Assembly: GCA_026936335.1 (NCBI GenBank)
Contig: JAPMXV010000034.1
Coordinates: 62,001 to 126,000, forward strand
Reading direction: 5' to 3'
Length of the DNA stretch: 64,000 nucleotides
Source of the DNA: Mantamonas sphyraenae STR306
Taxonomy: Eukaryota > Protista > CRuMs
Below the pieces are notes generated by a model. It worked only from the letters and a program-made list of their open reading frames with translations, searched no databases and was not told the origin of the DNA. Position 1 is the first letter of the stretch. Every line of letters begins with the position of its first letter. A program made the translations under genes and the position numbers. Below, in pieces: positions 49,418 to 62,132 of the stretch.

Positions 49418-50526
49418 ATGAGCAACAAGACAGCGTTTGAGTATGCTTACCACACATACTTGGAAAGCAAGGAGAGCGTGGACGACAGGTCGCTGGACAA
49501 GGAGTGTCTGCAGCTGGTGCGTGGGGGTGTCGAGGCACACATGGCAAGTGAGAAAGGTCAATCGGGGGCACCATTCCGTGTGGTGGAGGTTGCAGCTGGG
49601 GTGGGTGCGATGGTGGAGCGGCTGGTGCGGCTAGACACGTTTGCATCGTCGTCTGCAGAGTCGGAGCTCTTTGTGACGTATACGGCCATGGATTTGGAGG
49701 AGGAAAACTTGAAGAGCGCACAGAAGCGGCTGTTGGACATGGGAAAACGCATGGGCGTGGAGGTGGAGGTTGTCGAGGCTTTCGGGGGCGAGGAAGGGAG
49801 CAAGAGGAGTGTGGTGCGGCTGGCGTCCCTTGGGCTGGAGGTGACACTCCAGCAGGCAGACGTGTATGAGTTTTGTGCAGAGCAGGCGAAGAGCGGAGAC
49901 ACATGGGATCTGCTGGTGTGCTGTGCGTTTCTGGATCTGTTTGATGTGCAAGAAATGCTGCGTGTGCTTCTGGGCCTCGTGCGGCAAGGGGGTTGGTTCT
50001 ATATCCCGATCTCTTTTGACGGGGCCACACGATTCAAACCCACCATCGACCGAGACTACGACAAACACATCGAGGATGTGTTTCATGCGAGTATGAACGC
50101 ACGGGTGGACCGGAACGGCAAGCTTATTGGTGACTCGCACTCGGGCAGCTCGATCTTGGTCCATCTACGTGACATCGGTGCGGATGTACACCATGTTGGG
50201 AGCTCGTCGTGGATTGTGCGTGCCATTCGAGGTTAGTTTTTGTTTCAGGGGGTTGTGTGTCTGATAATGGTGGGGGGCGCGGCTGACTCGAAGGGTGACC
50301 CACCATCACAGATGCAGAATCGGGTACGTATGCATATCCAGCAAACGAAGAGTACTTTGTGCGATGCATCCTTCACTTTGTGGAGAAGGAAAGTCTGCTG
50401 AGTGAGGATGTGGACAACGAGGCGTTCGGTGGGTGGTTCGAACAACGGCTGCAGCAGCTGGAGGAGACGACGCTGGTGTATGTAGCACACCAAACAGACG
50501 TGTTTGGACAGTGGATGGGCGAGTGA
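49418..50526 (+). CDS. Class I SAM-dependent methyltransferase, prokaryotic type
   Basis: YLESK.SVDDRSL, VEVAAGVGAM, AFLDL, YIPISFDG.T and GSSSWIV motifs; intron 50232-50311 adds YPANEEYFV..ILHFVE...LVYVAHQTD. Confidence 0.8.
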
Positions 50527-50582
50527 GAAAGGAAGGGTGGCGTGCGGTGGGCCAGCCAACACAAAACAAAAAACAGCGCGAG

Positions 50583-51767
50583 ATGGTTGTTGGGTCGAAG
50601 TGGATGCTTGTTGCGTGTGTGCTGGTGGTTGCTCTGATGGCAGAGGGCACACTTGGGGCTGCATACTGCGCAGGCGCGTCGTGTGCAAGCAGGTCTGATG
50701 CTGTCAAGGACAAGACCACCCTGGCCAAAGGAGACGAGGTCAGTGCGTTTGTGCACGCCCGCGGAGTGCAGGGCGGCGACCGAAAGGCGCTGTTCCTGCC
50801 GTTGCTGGACGACTACACGAGCCTGAACGTCACTGGATGTAAGTAAACTGGTTGGGCAAGAGGGAGCTTCCAATGGAGATGAGGTGCACTGACACTTGGG
50901 TGGCCCACGTGGCGCCTTGTTTCTTGCAGCTGGTTCGCTGATGCGTGCCAACGTGTCGTCGCAGATTGCGGTGGAGGTGCAGGGAGTGATGTCACCGTGG
51001 AAGTCGTTTGGCAACGGAGCGGCGTCGGTGAACTTCTGGACGGTGTTGGCCCGTGTGGTGAACGGGAAAGTGGACAAGCTGGAGTGGAACGAGGACACGT
51101 GCGCCTCGTGCACAACGGCTGGCCTGCAGTGCGTGGACAACTTTTGTGCCACAACCTATGCCAACAACGGAAACTGCAAGGACAACGCCTGCGACGTGAG
51201 GGTGAGTTTGTGACTCGTGGTAGCCGCTGGCGCCGGCGAGACGGATTTGTTGGTGGGCGTTGGGATTTGGGCGCGTGGGAAAACGGGTTCCGCGACACCA
51301 GGCTGAAGGCGGCCGACGTCTGTGTGGCGCCGTGTGGCCCTTTCTGCACGCCCATGCGGGGTCAAGCATGCAGAATGGTCGGCCACGGCGACGTGTCGTG
51401 GTTCAAGAGGGAGTGAGATGCATGTGGAAAGGGCTGCGAGCCGGGAAACTAACGCGCGGTGTGTGGTGGGTTGCGAATTGACTCGCACGGACACAGGTGT
51501 ATCTGGCGTTCTACGGTACAGACGTGAATGCACAGCCGCTGACAAGCGCAGGTAGGTGTGGCGGGAGTGACATGACAGACGCAGAGGAGGGAGGGATGGG
51601 AATGGACGGGTGTAGGGCGTTGCAAGACGCAGAGGGAAGAGCCGTCACTGACTCTGCGTGCGTATGGCTCAGGGTTGATCATGTCTCGCTTCCGCAGCTT
51701 TGGTATCAACCAAACGTATCAGTCGGGCAGGAACTTGGTGGAGAATGTGGAGGTGCCGCAGCAATAG
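50583..51767 (+). CDS. Secreted Cys-rich protein of unknown function
   Basis: Signal peptide; LEWNEDTCASC...C...C.VR|VYLAFYGTD....LTSAG; 3 GT-AG introns; resembles an uncharacterised family recalled from plants and amoebozoa. Confidence 0.65.
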
Positions 51768-51816
51768 AGGATTGGTTTGGAAAGCAGCGCTGGTGTCGCC
51801 AGACGTTTGTCAGAAA

Positions 51817-52741
51817 ATGGCTTGGGAGAGTTTCTTGTGGATCTGTAAGGAGAAGGCATCGATGCACACAGTGGTCACTTGGGCAGGCTAGTGTGCATAC
51901 ACATGTGTTTGGGGGCTGTGTGTGTGTGTGTGTGTGAACATGGAGGCCAGAGTGTTTCTGACACGGGAATGACAATGACGCAATGACAACGCTGCACGGA
52001 CGGCGACTGGCACACAGTGGCGTTTGTGGGTTCTGCTGCACTTTTGTTCAGCATCGTCTACGTGGTAGGTGACATGCAGGACATGGAGGCCAGGGTCATG
52101 TGCGACGGGAGGCAGAAAGGCGGAATGGGAGAGGGCCGGAACAGCTGACGCGGACGCAACGCAACGCACAGATCATCACGCTGGCGGATCTGGAGGCAGA
52201 CCACCTGAACCCGCAGGATGTATGCAAGAGGTTGAACATGTTGGTGCCCTTTGAGTTTGCAGGCCAGGCTGTGTACACTGTGGCCTTTCTGTTCTCCGGC
52301 AACTGGCTGGCGTTTGTCCTCAACCTGCCGGTGACCGCGTTCCATGCGTACAAGTGAGTTGCTGAATGCAAAGGGGCATCCAATGTGTGAACTGAGGGCA
52401 AGCTACACCATATGCTGACACACACACACACACGCACACAGGGTATACGGGGGTCGCTACGAGTACGACCAGACGGAAATCTTCAAGGTGTTGGACAAGC
52501 ATCGACGTGAGGGCCTGGTGAAGCTGGGTAAGTGAGGGACGGACGGAGGGGAAGCTGGTGCACGAGTGCACACAGCAAGCACTGACACACAAGCATCCAT
52601 GCAGCCATGTATCTGATCTTTTTCTTCTACTACCTCTACCGCATGATCCGAGCACTGGTGTCCAACAACACCAGCGGCTCCACGCTGGCACAGGCTATGG
52701 CCAAGCAGGCCCTGGAGAAGGGAGGATTCCCCATGATGTAG
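51817..52741 (+). CDS. CNIH: Cornichon/Erv14 ER cargo receptor
   Basis: ITLADLEADHLNPQDVCKRLN, LNLP and YDQTEIF motifs; 4 introns. Confidence 0.92.
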
Positions 52742-52802
52742 AGAGAGAGAGAGCGAGAGCAAAATAGACGCCCGCGGAGGCAACCCAAACACTTTTTGCA
52801 TC

Positions 52803-53773
52803 ATGGTAGGGCAGACACCACCGAAAGCGAGGCGAGTGGCTGGTGTGGCGTTGTCGCAGGACGCGTGGCGTTGCCATGTCGTCGTCGTAGGAAAGCCAGG
52901 CAGCGGGACGGTGGCGTGGGTGGGAAGCTAACACTGTGCGTTTGCCGCAGTCTGGATCGGCCACATGCACCATCTCAGAAGATGTCGTGAACGCATACGA
53001 AAAGCTGCGTGTGCAGCGCAATGCCAATGGCGATGGAATGATCCGTAAGTGGTGGCGGGTTGGGCGATGCGGGTCGTCCTCGTCCCCAGGCTGACAAGAC
53101 GGATGTGCAGTGAAATGCGACAAGAACTCGTTGGAAGTGATTATTGAGGACATGATCGAGGTAGGGACGAGAAAGAGGGAGAGGCACAGGGATGGAGAGG
53201 AGACGAGGGGAAGACGCGAACGTGGGCGACTAACCTTTTCGTGCAGGAAACGCCGATTGATGAGGTGGCATACGACCTGCCTGCCGCCCCGCGCTACGTG
53301 ATCTACAGGTGAGTGCAACGGAAGAGTGTGGTGGGAAGCGGAGGCACAAAGAGAGCAGGAGTGGAGGGAGCAGGATAGAGGGAGCCAAGGCGCACGAAAA
53401 GCCCTCTCTTGGCGCTGACACACGCACTACACATGGCCAGCTACAAATGGGAGCGCGAGGACGGCCGTGTGCAGTACCCGATGGTGTTTATCTATTATGC
53501 GCCGCCGAGCAGCGCCATGCTGAACATGATGTACGCAAGCACAAAGGTGCTTCTGCAGCAAACGTTTGGTGAGTTCCTTTTTGCAGCGAGAACAGGCGCC
53601 TGGGGCGCCGATGCACAGAGGAGCTGACCCGTGTGTGTGACTATACCGTGTGTGTATCCACGCGTGGCCGAATGTCGTCCACAGAGAACCTCAAGTACAT
53701 GGAGGCGGCGGCAGCAGAGGACATTGATGAGGCGTGGCTGATTGAGAAGCTCAAGGGAAGCCACACTCGCTGA
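52803..53773 (+). CDS. GMF: Glia maturation factor (ADF-H domain)
   Basis: DLP..PRYVIYS|YKWEREDGRVQYPMVFIYYAP...NMMYASTK; 5 introns, with an ATG-only first exon. Confidence 0.9.
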
Positions 53774-53819
53774 AGCGAGTGGGTTGAGGAGTGGAACGAT
53801 GCAGGGTTCATTGGACGTG

Positions 53820-54889
53820 TCACACCGTGTCTGGCAACTCCTGAGCAAACTGTTCGTAGGCCATGGAGGACTCGTTGAGGGTTTGGACGTGGATGACCAT
53901 GGAGGCCCAGACGATGGGGTCCAGCATCTGGTGCTTGTTCGCGAGCACTTCGTTGATGCCATCAATGCACTGCTGGTTCAATTCGACATACACCTTCTTT
54001 GAATCCTCCAGCTTGGCCTCGGCCATCGGCAGCTTGGTGCTGTCGTTGGGCGGGTTCTCGGTCAGGTTCTGCACGATACGACGCTGAGCGTCGTAGTCCA
54101 GCAGCCCCTGTTTGCGCTGTGCAATCAGTGTCTTGATCTCATCAAAGGATGCTTGCAGCTCCGTCAGCGGATCCATGCACTGTGCACGCAGGTTTTCGTC
54201 CTGTACCCAGGCGGCCGCGCGCGTGTGTCCGGGTTGTCAGTGAACGCTGTTCAAGATGCTCCTTGTATACTCTCCGTTGGCCAACCTACTTGCTTCTGTC
54301 GCATGTTTGTTTCGTATGCTTGCGTGGTCTCTTTAAAGTTGGCGGCCGGCGACTGGAGCACGCTGCCCTCTCCGCAGATCTTGACAAAGTCGTCGCCCAG
54401 CGAGCTCACTGCCGAAGCCATGGCTACGCCGCGTGGACATGCGGACATACACAATACAAGGGTCAGCATAAACTCTGTTGTGGGCAGCTTACAACCGTTT
54501 GCGTGGCTGGCGACGTTGTGTTTTCGGGTTTTCTCGCCGGGATGCAAACACGGCCGGTCGCTGCCGCTGCTGCCCAGCTGCTGGATCGCATCTCCTGACC
54601 CCCCTTTGCCCTGCAACTTACTTCGGCTTACGTCCAGGTAGTACTTGTAGTCGCGAGCGAGTTTGTTGATGCGCTCTTCCATCTGCTGGAAGGCCAAATA
54701 GGCTTCGTTGAACTCGGGATCCACCGTCTCTTCGGCCCTGCCGATCTGTTGCAGGAACTGTTTGTGTGTGCGGAGCAGTGGCGCGAGTGTCAGTCGCACC
54801 CATGCACGTCCACACCTTCCTGTCCTGCTGTCGCTTACCTTTTGCTTGTTGCGTGAGTACCCGGCTTTAAGTTTGTCGAAGCGCGACAT
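53820..54889 (-). CDS. N-BAR domain protein (amphiphysin/Rvs161/BIN3-like)
   Basis: Amphipathic N-terminus, QQIGRAEETVDPEF, RKQGLLDYD, KLPMAE and YVELN motifs; 3 introns. Confidence 0.85.
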
Positions 54890-55055
54890 TCCGATTGCAA
54901 TGGCCAAGCCGGGGGTGACACTGTGGATGGTCCACGTGCACCTGCACACAGGCAACGCCATGTACGATGCCTGGCAGGGTGTGTCCGGACACGGACACAA
55001 GGCAGATGAAAAACGGGCCCCGACGGCCCCACCGCAGCCAGCAAAAAACTCAACC

Positions 55056-55528
55056 ATGAGCTCAACCGCTGGGGAACTGCGCATTATCGAAGACGACGAC
55101 GACTACAACCAGGCCGTGGAGGACGCTGGCGACAAGCTGGTAGGTTGTCGAGAGAGCGAGGCCGGTCGGAAAGCACGGCGAACAGCCGGAAGGTTTCACT
55201 CGCCACACACACACACGTACACACTGACACACGGCGTTTCATGCAGATTGTGGCCTACTTTAGCGCAACGTGGTGCGGCCCGTGCAAAATGCTGTCGCCC
55301 AAGATCAAGAAGATGGCCACAAAGTACGCTGAGAACGACGTGGTCTTTCTCAAGGTCGACGTGGACGAATGCGAGGACACCCGCGACGCCGCCGGCATCA
55401 AGGGCATGCCCACCGTCATCTTTTACAAGAACGGCAAGGTTGTCGACGAGAACAAGGGCGCCAACCACGAGAAGGTGGAGGCCAAGCTGCGTGCTGCCCT
55501 GGGTCTGGAGGAGGAGGAATCATCGTGA
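55056..55528 (+). CDS. TXN: Thioredoxin
   Basis: WCGPC active site, FLKVDVDE and MPT..FYKNG; intron 55140-55247. Confidence 0.95.
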
Positions 55529-55725
55529 TCCTGGCCTGATCAAGTTGGACCACAAAAATGGAAATCCTGCACTGCCGTTTCTTCTTGTTCTGTGCTGATT
55601 CCCACATCGCACGGTGCACCCTGCACCACCTGTCCCACGTCCATGGCGGCAGTTGCTTTGGCCAAGCACGAACATGTCAACTCAACAATGACGTCAACGC
55701 GCGCGGCAATCCACAGAAAACAACC

Positions 55726-56886
55726 ATGGCACATCCCACCATGGAACAAAAGAGGCTGTTCATCTTGATTGCGATTGTGGCGGTGGTGGTGGTGGTACTG
55801 GGCATGGTGGCCATGAAGAACTCTCCAACAGGCACGGAAAGGACGGCACGCGTCCGTCAACACTCTGGGGTGCCGCAGAACGAGGTAGCACAGATGTCAA
55901 GCCTCAGCAGCAGCAGCAGCGACACAGCAGGGACGGTGGCACATTCGGGGCAGCAGAACGAGATGATGGCAGCTCCCATGGGTGGAGGAGCAGCTCCCAT
56001 GCGTGCCAAGCAGAAGATGCAGAGCAACAGCCGGGGCGTCGGGGACTCGGGCTCCCCGACCAATCCGATGGGGACCCGGTACGGTGACATGAACACGCAG
56101 GCCAAGGACAACAGTGTGCCTACAGGGGATCAGCTGCAGCGCATGATGATGTATACGGGTTACATGCGCATTCAGGCCCCGGACGTGGAGGCCACTCGAG
56201 ACGCACTGATGGCCGCCGTGAAAGCCAACGGGGGCTTTGTCATGTCCAGCACGGAGCAAAAGTCAGCCACTCCGCACAAGACACCTTCCAAGGACCGATG
56301 GCGCACCATGCGGTACGAGGTGCGTGTGCAGAACCTGCATGAGTTTGTGCGCAGCGTGCAAAAGCTGGGCAAGGGCGAGGTGACGGATCTCAATGTCCAT
56401 GGCCAGGACATGACCTCGGAGTATGTGGACAACGATAGCCGTCTTCGCGACCTCATTCGGTCTCGCACCCAAATGCTCAAGCTGGCCGACCAGGCAAAGA
56501 CCATCCCGGACATCCTCAATGTCCAGTCACACCTGCAGGGCCTGAGCCAGCAGATTGAAACCCTTCAGGGAAGACAGAACTGGATCCGCACCCATGCTGT
56601 GTTCTCCACACTCACCATCGACATCCAACGCGGTTCAAAGGAACCCAAACCAGCGACCCCCGTCACACTCCTCGACGAGATCTGGCGCATGTACGACGAC
56701 GCCATCGACGCATTTGTGTCCATCATTCGCCATTCCTTCCTCTCTGTGCTCTGGTTCATCTTCAACATCGTGCCTCTCCTCACCGTGGCCACTGGGATTG
56801 GTGTCGCCCTGCTCTGCGGCTTCCGCATGTTTCTGCACCACACAGGATGGACGGCCGACGGTGTGGTTGCCCCTCATGCTCACTGA
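55726..56886 (+). CDS. DUF4349-family membrane protein
   Basis: N-terminal TM; GGFVMSS, QDMTSEYVD..SRL, DIL.VQ..L...QIETLQGR and FSTLTI motifs; C-terminal TM; intronless. Confidence 0.8.
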   Translation: MAHPTMEQKRLFILIAIVAVVVVVLGMVAMKNSPTGTERTARVRQHSGVPQNEVAQMSSLSSSSSDTAGTVAHSGQQNEMMAAPMGGGAAPMRAKQKMQSNSRGVGDSGSPTNPMGTRYGDMNTQAKDNSVPTGDQLQRMMMYTGYMRIQAPDVEATRDALMAAVKANGGFVMSSTEQKSATPHKTPSKDRWRTMRYEVRVQNLHEFVRSVQKLGKGEVTDLNVHGQDMTSEYVDNDSRLRDLIRSRTQMLKLADQAKTIPDILNVQSHLQGLSQQIETLQGRQNWIRTHAVFSTLTIDIQRGSKEPKPATPVTLLDEIWRMYDDAIDAFVSIIRHSFLSVLWFIFNIVPLLTVATGIGVALLCGFRMFLHHTGWTADGVVAPHAH

Positions 56887-56980
56887 CAATGAAAAGCACG
56901 ACCCGCTCATCATCCATGCCCGTTCACATCGCACTGGCTCATCCAAACCAACCCCCCCCCCCCCCCCACACACATACACC

Positions 56981-57670
56981 ATGAACATCCCGTGGTACTG
57001 GTTTGGCAGTGCCCACCCGTTCCCCACTCTGCTGCTCACCATGATGCTGTCGGTGACCATGACACTGTCCGCTCTGGGCGCGTACGCGCTGCCAGAGTGG
57101 CGTGACATCCTCAGCTTTGTCTTTATTGCCTCCATTTTCCACCTGTGGGAGTATGCCCACCGTGCACTGTACCACCCGGGCGACATCAGCACCGATGCCT
57201 TTCTGCTCAATCACAGCAAGGAGTTCCACATGGCCTACGCGGCCGCCGTAACCGAGTGGACTCTGGAGCGCCTCTTCTTTCCCGGCCTGCGAATTCCCGC
57301 TCTCTTCTGGATAGGCCTGCTTGGCACTCTGATTTCCCAGGGCATCCGCACACTGGGCATGATCACTGCGGCCAGCAACTTCACCCATCTCGTTTCCTTC
57401 AGGAAGAAGGAAACCCACACCCTTGTCACCACAGGCATCTACTCCGTCCTTCGTCACCCGGGCTACTTTGGCTACTATTGGTGGTCGGTGTTCCACCAAA
57501 TCATGCTCTGCAATCCCATCTGCACCCTTGGCTTTGCCTATGTCTCCTACGTCTTCTTTGAAGACCGTATCACCAACGAGGAGCGTGCCCTGTCCTCTCC
57601 CGAATTCTTCGGCGAGCAGTACACTGCCTACCGCGCTCGTGTTGGCACCGGCATCCCGCTCATCAAGTAA
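56981..57670 (+). CDS. ICMT: Protein-S-isoprenylcysteine O-methyltransferase (Ste14)
   Basis: FLLNHS, TAASNFTH, LVTTGIYSVLRHPGYFG and FF.DRI..EE motifs. Confidence 0.95.
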   Translation: MNIPWYWFGSAHPFPTLLLTMMLSVTMTLSALGAYALPEWRDILSFVFIASIFHLWEYAHRALYHPGDISTDAFLLNHSKEFHMAYAAAVTEWTLERLFFPGLRIPALFWIGLLGTLISQGIRTLGMITAASNFTHLVSFRKKETHTLVTTGIYSVLRHPGYFGYYWWSVFHQIMLCNPICTLGFAYVSYVFFEDRITNEERALSSPEFFGEQYTAYRARVGTGIPLIK

Positions 57671-57781
57671 ACACACCCTTTGGCAACTCCATCATGTCAT
57701 CTCATGGTCGTTTCCTCCTCTCTCCCTCTGTGCTCGAGTGTGCGCAGGTCGGGTCAGCGCAACACCTGCACCCGCAACAAA

Positions 57782-59392
57782 ATGCAACTCACCATCCGCA
57801 CAGTGAGCATCATCCTGTGCATGGTCACCCTCACATGGCTCACCTACTTTCTCATTTACAGTGTGGCATCCATGAACAAGGCCAACCACGGTGACAGCGG
57901 CGTCCAGGACAACCCACCCCTGGGCGACTCGGACCAGGACGAGCAAAAGGTCATTGTGAGCTCAACTGCAGACGTAAGCCTCATTGGATGAGTGGATGGG
58001 AGATGGGAGAGCCGGCGACTCGTCCTTCCATCTCATTCCCACTCACACCCCCCCCCCCCCCTCTGCGACCAGCAACTGGTGTTTGTCAAGACGCCCATTG
58101 CGCAGGTCTCCTTTGTCATCCCATTCAGTGCCACAGACACCACCCCACTTTTACTACGCACCCTCGAATCCATCAAATCACAGTCCACCGGCTCCTGGGA
58201 GGTTGTTGTTGTCGTCGACGGCGCTGCTGCCAAGCTCGACCTCGCCAGTCTCGCAGACGTCCTCGACACCATGGATGACCGTGTATGTTCATCCCTGTGC
58301 CATCACCGTCATCGTGCATGCATACAATTTCCCCGCTGTTTACCTTGTGGCTAACACCGCCTGTGCTGGGCACTGGCGCTTGGTGTTCACTACCCCCCTT
58401 GCAGTTGCGCATTGTGCACAAGTCCCAGTCGACCGGCGTCGCACACGCTCTCAACGTCGGTATCCACCGTGCAAGAGGCATCTGGATACAGCCGCTGCTC
58501 AGTGGAGTCACCTGTGCGCCTGATCTGCTTCAGCAGTACTTCCTGGAGCTTGGGGCGCAGCGAAAGTAAGCTCAAGCGGTTACTCTGGAAAGGGTTCGCG
58601 CTTTCGCGCTTTCAACCGCCTCTCCTCACTTACACTCGATGTCCACTCTTGCCCAACAGCGCCAGTCTCTCGTCTACGGCCAACACCTACAATGTGGTGG
58701 TACCCCAGGTGGTTCGTGCTCGCGACACGTCTGACAGTGTGAGCGGTGCCTCGGAGTCCGGCTCGTCCTCCCACACACCGGTGGCTGAGTACGATCCGGT
58801 GTCCATTACCAACCACAATGTGTTTGGCTCCTTGGCCATGTTTACCAAGGTTCTGTGGCAGATCACAGGTGGTTTCTCCCCTCACCTGCCCGCTCACTTT
58901 CACTGGGACTTTTGGATCCGCTGCGAACGCCGCATGGGAATCCGTCCTGCCTCTGTCCAGGCCCGCATCTTTACCATATCTGTCCCTTCTGCCACCTCCC
59001 ATCTCGACGCGGGACTCGCATACTCCCTGTTTATCACCGTACAACCCAGTGTCTTTAAACCTCGACGTGTCCTCCAAGCCCACCATCGCATCATGAAGGA
59101 TGCCCACGCTCTGCCCTTTAGCACCTTTCTGCGTGCGGCTGTGGATAACTTTGAGGACTGCGCTGCTGTGTGGCTTTGGCGAGCACTCTCCTGCATGGAC
59201 ACCGAGAATTGGTGCGCCGGCATGGAAACCCTCGACGTCCTTCGCCAGGCCAATTGGCTGCGTGACTCCCACGACTGGCAACCCTTGTTTTATGTGGCCA
59301 AGATTGAACAGAAGCTGGGTCACAAAGCACGCGCCGCCCTTGCCATCCAGCGGCTGCACGAACAGTTTGCCGGATTGCGAGGCCACATCTGA
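57782..59392 (+). CDS. Type II membrane glycosyltransferase family 2-like protein with a helical C-terminus
   Basis: N-terminal TM; VSFVIP...TLESIKSQSTGSWEVVVVVDG; GVAHALNVGI..ARG; GGF....DFWIR; 2 introns. Confidence 0.75.
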
Positions 59393-59466
59393 CTGAACGA
59401 TTGGGGTTTGGGGTTTGAACAACGTCGTTTTACAGTACATTTTTCTGTTTCCTCGCAATCGATCTC

Positions 59467-62132
59467 TCATCCAAACGGGTTGTACTGCTGCTGCTGCTGC
59501 TGCTGCGGCTGGCTGTTCTGCGATCCGCCACCAAACGGGTTTCGCTGTCCTCCGCCGAATCCGCCGCCTCCGCCCTGCTGCTGTCCTCCAAATCCACCGC
59601 CTCCATTGTATCCGCCCTGCTGCTGGCCTCCGAATCCACCGCCTCCGAATCCACCCTGCTGTTGCTGGCCGCCGAAACCCCCGCCGCCTCCAAAGCCACC
59701 TCCGCCTCCTTGCTGTCCACCAAAGCCTCCTCCTCCACCGCCTCCCTGCTGGAACGGGTTGAAGCTCTGCTGCTGTTGCTGCTGTTGCTGCTGGCCTCCA
59801 AAGCCGCCGCCTCCTCCAAAGCCCCCTCCGTTTCCGCTCATGGAACGGCCAATGCTCCCTGTGCTTCCGCCTGTTGTCTGCTGCTGAATGTTGCCGCCTC
59901 CGTTGCCTCCGCCAAATCCGCCTCCAAATCCGCCGCCGTTGCCACCATTGGAGTTTCCAAACCCGCCGCCGTTGCCTCCGCCAAACTCGCTGTTTCCGCC
60001 GCCACTGAAGCCGCCAAAGTCCGACTTGAGGTCTGCAAACGCGCTGTACTTGTTGTCCGACCCTGTGTTGCCGTTGTCCTTCTGTGTCTCCTCCTCTTCC
60101 TGCACCTCTTGCTGCTTCTGGTGTGCAAACACAATCGGGCCGCTCGAGTCCACCTGCTGCTGCTGGCCGCCACCGAAGGATCCAAACTGTCCTCCACCTC
60201 CTCCTCCGCCCCCGAATCCTACGTTGTTGCCTCCAAAGCCACCTCCGAAGCCGCCGCCCTGTTGCTGCTGCTGCTGCCCGCCTCCAAAGCCGCCCTGGTT
60301 CATGTTGCCTCCAAAGCCTCCCTGGTTGCCGCCAAAGCCTCCCTGGTTGCCTCCGTTGAAACCTCCCTGGTTGCCTCCTCCGAAGCCAACCTGCTGCTGC
60401 TGCTGTGGGCCGCCAAAGCCACCGCCGTTGTTGAACCCTCCTCCGTTGAAGCCGCCTTGGTTGCCTCCGTTGAAGCCTCCTTGGTTGAAGCCTCCCTGGT
60501 TGCCTCCGTTGATGAAGCCTCCCTGGTTACCTCCGTTGTTAAAGCCTCCCTGGTTGCCTCCGTTGTTGCTGGGGCCCAGTTCAAACAGTTCCAGGATTGA
60601 GCTCTTCTTGTTGTTCTTTCCGTTCTGTTGCTGACCCTTCTGCTCTTCTTCTCCGCCGTTGGTGGATTGCTGGAGCTGGAACATGCCTTCTTCCTCCTCG
60701 TCTCCGTTGTCCTGGTCCTCGCTAACCTCCGAGTCAAAGTTGATCAGATCCGAGCCCGATTCCTGCTTCATCGGCTGCCCCTTCCTGCCCTTGGCCTGCT
60801 TGGGCTGCGACGGGCTGTCGGTCTCACCAAATGCTCCAAAGCCTCCGCCCTGGTTGTTGTCTTCCGTCTTTGGGGTCGTTTTGGATGTGCTGGTGGTGGA
60901 GTTTGGACGTTGTTTGAGTCCACCGACGACACGCTGCGCACCGACGACGATCGCTGCACCGTGCGTCGTCCTCCTCCAATCCCACCCGTGCCTGCCATCT
61001 CTCCTTTGGGCGACGACGTCGTGCGCTTGCGCGTGCTCGCCGAACGGCGCACGCTTTTGCTGCGCTTCTTTTCGCTCAGCACTTCGGCCAGGTTCTGTGT
61101 GCAGCCTCCGTGTCAGTCCCACATGGCCCTATGCCAGCCTATCTCCTTGACCCGCTTCCCCCCTCCAATACGCAGCGATGCTTGGCTGCTGCTGCAAGCC
61201 GTTGCGTGCTCACTGCGTCCAACTGTTCGCCTGCGCCGGCGTCCCAGCGTGGGAGGGAAATCGCAAGCGGGACACACACTGATTCTTCTCGCCCCTTCAC
61301 AGCGCGATGTGTGCATGCGCCTCCATCCACATCCACTTACAGCTGCATTCTCGTCCAGATCTTCCTGCGTTGGCTCGCTGCGGGTGTTTGGTGCACATGC
61401 ATGGTCAGCGGAAGGAAACGCAGGCATGGAACGAGATCTCGGCCAATTCCGACCGAGTGGGGCCCGGCTCCAAACGCCGCCACGGACACTCACCTGTACC
61501 AGAACTTCTGCGTGTACTTGGCCTTCATAAAGTCAAGCAGGGCCGCAGTGTCCTTGGGGTCGGGCAGGCTGTTGCGCTTCGGATCGAACTGTGCAAGGTA
61601 CGTCTTCTTGGCCAGCTCGTTGCCGCCGACCTTGAGCCGCTCCACTTCTTCTTCCGTGAACGTGGCCATGCCGATGCTCTTCACGCGATGGGTCATTTGA
61701 GAGCTATGTGTGTGTACGCACGTGTGTGTGTGTGTGTCATGCCTGTGTGTCAGCTTGTGTTGCCTGTACCTTCCCACAGCGGCGTCGCAACGTCGCGTCG
61801 TCTGAAAACGCCCCGCTCCCACCGTCATTTCCGTCGCCGGCGCCCGGTCCCGCACACACGCATCGCCAACCTACTGCAGTCCTGCACAGCTGCTGCACAC
61901 AAAGATGTCAAAGTTGAGACACACATATTGGGGTCCCTGTGTGTCATGTGCGTGCCCCGCTGCCGTGTCAGCGCGCGCCAAAAAGCCACTCCCGCAAACA
62001 CAGTCCTCCGCCGTCACGTACGCGCTCGTTGCATTCCATGCATCGCTTGTTCCCTTCGTATTTCAGCAGACTGCGGATCGTTGCCACTTGTTTGTCCACC
62101 TTTTTGGGTTTCTTCAACGTGTTGCGCGACAT
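59467..62132 (-). CDS. ArfGAP with FG repeats (AGFG1/HRB-like)
   Basis: NKRCMEC..|GPQYV...F.IFVC..CAGL|H...HRVKSI.MATFT.EEV; G/Q/N/F-rich tail with NPF motifs. Confidence 0.88.
59475..60570 (-). repeat. Imperfect coding repeats (GGNQGGFN / GGFGGQQQ)
   Basis: Direct reading of the sequence; tandem ~24-27 nt units at 60310-60570. Confidence 0.9.

Noticed and set aside
60310-60570. Regular ~24-27 nt direct repeats
   Set aside because: They are coding GGNQGGFN repeats of the ArfGAP-FG protein, with no unique spacers.
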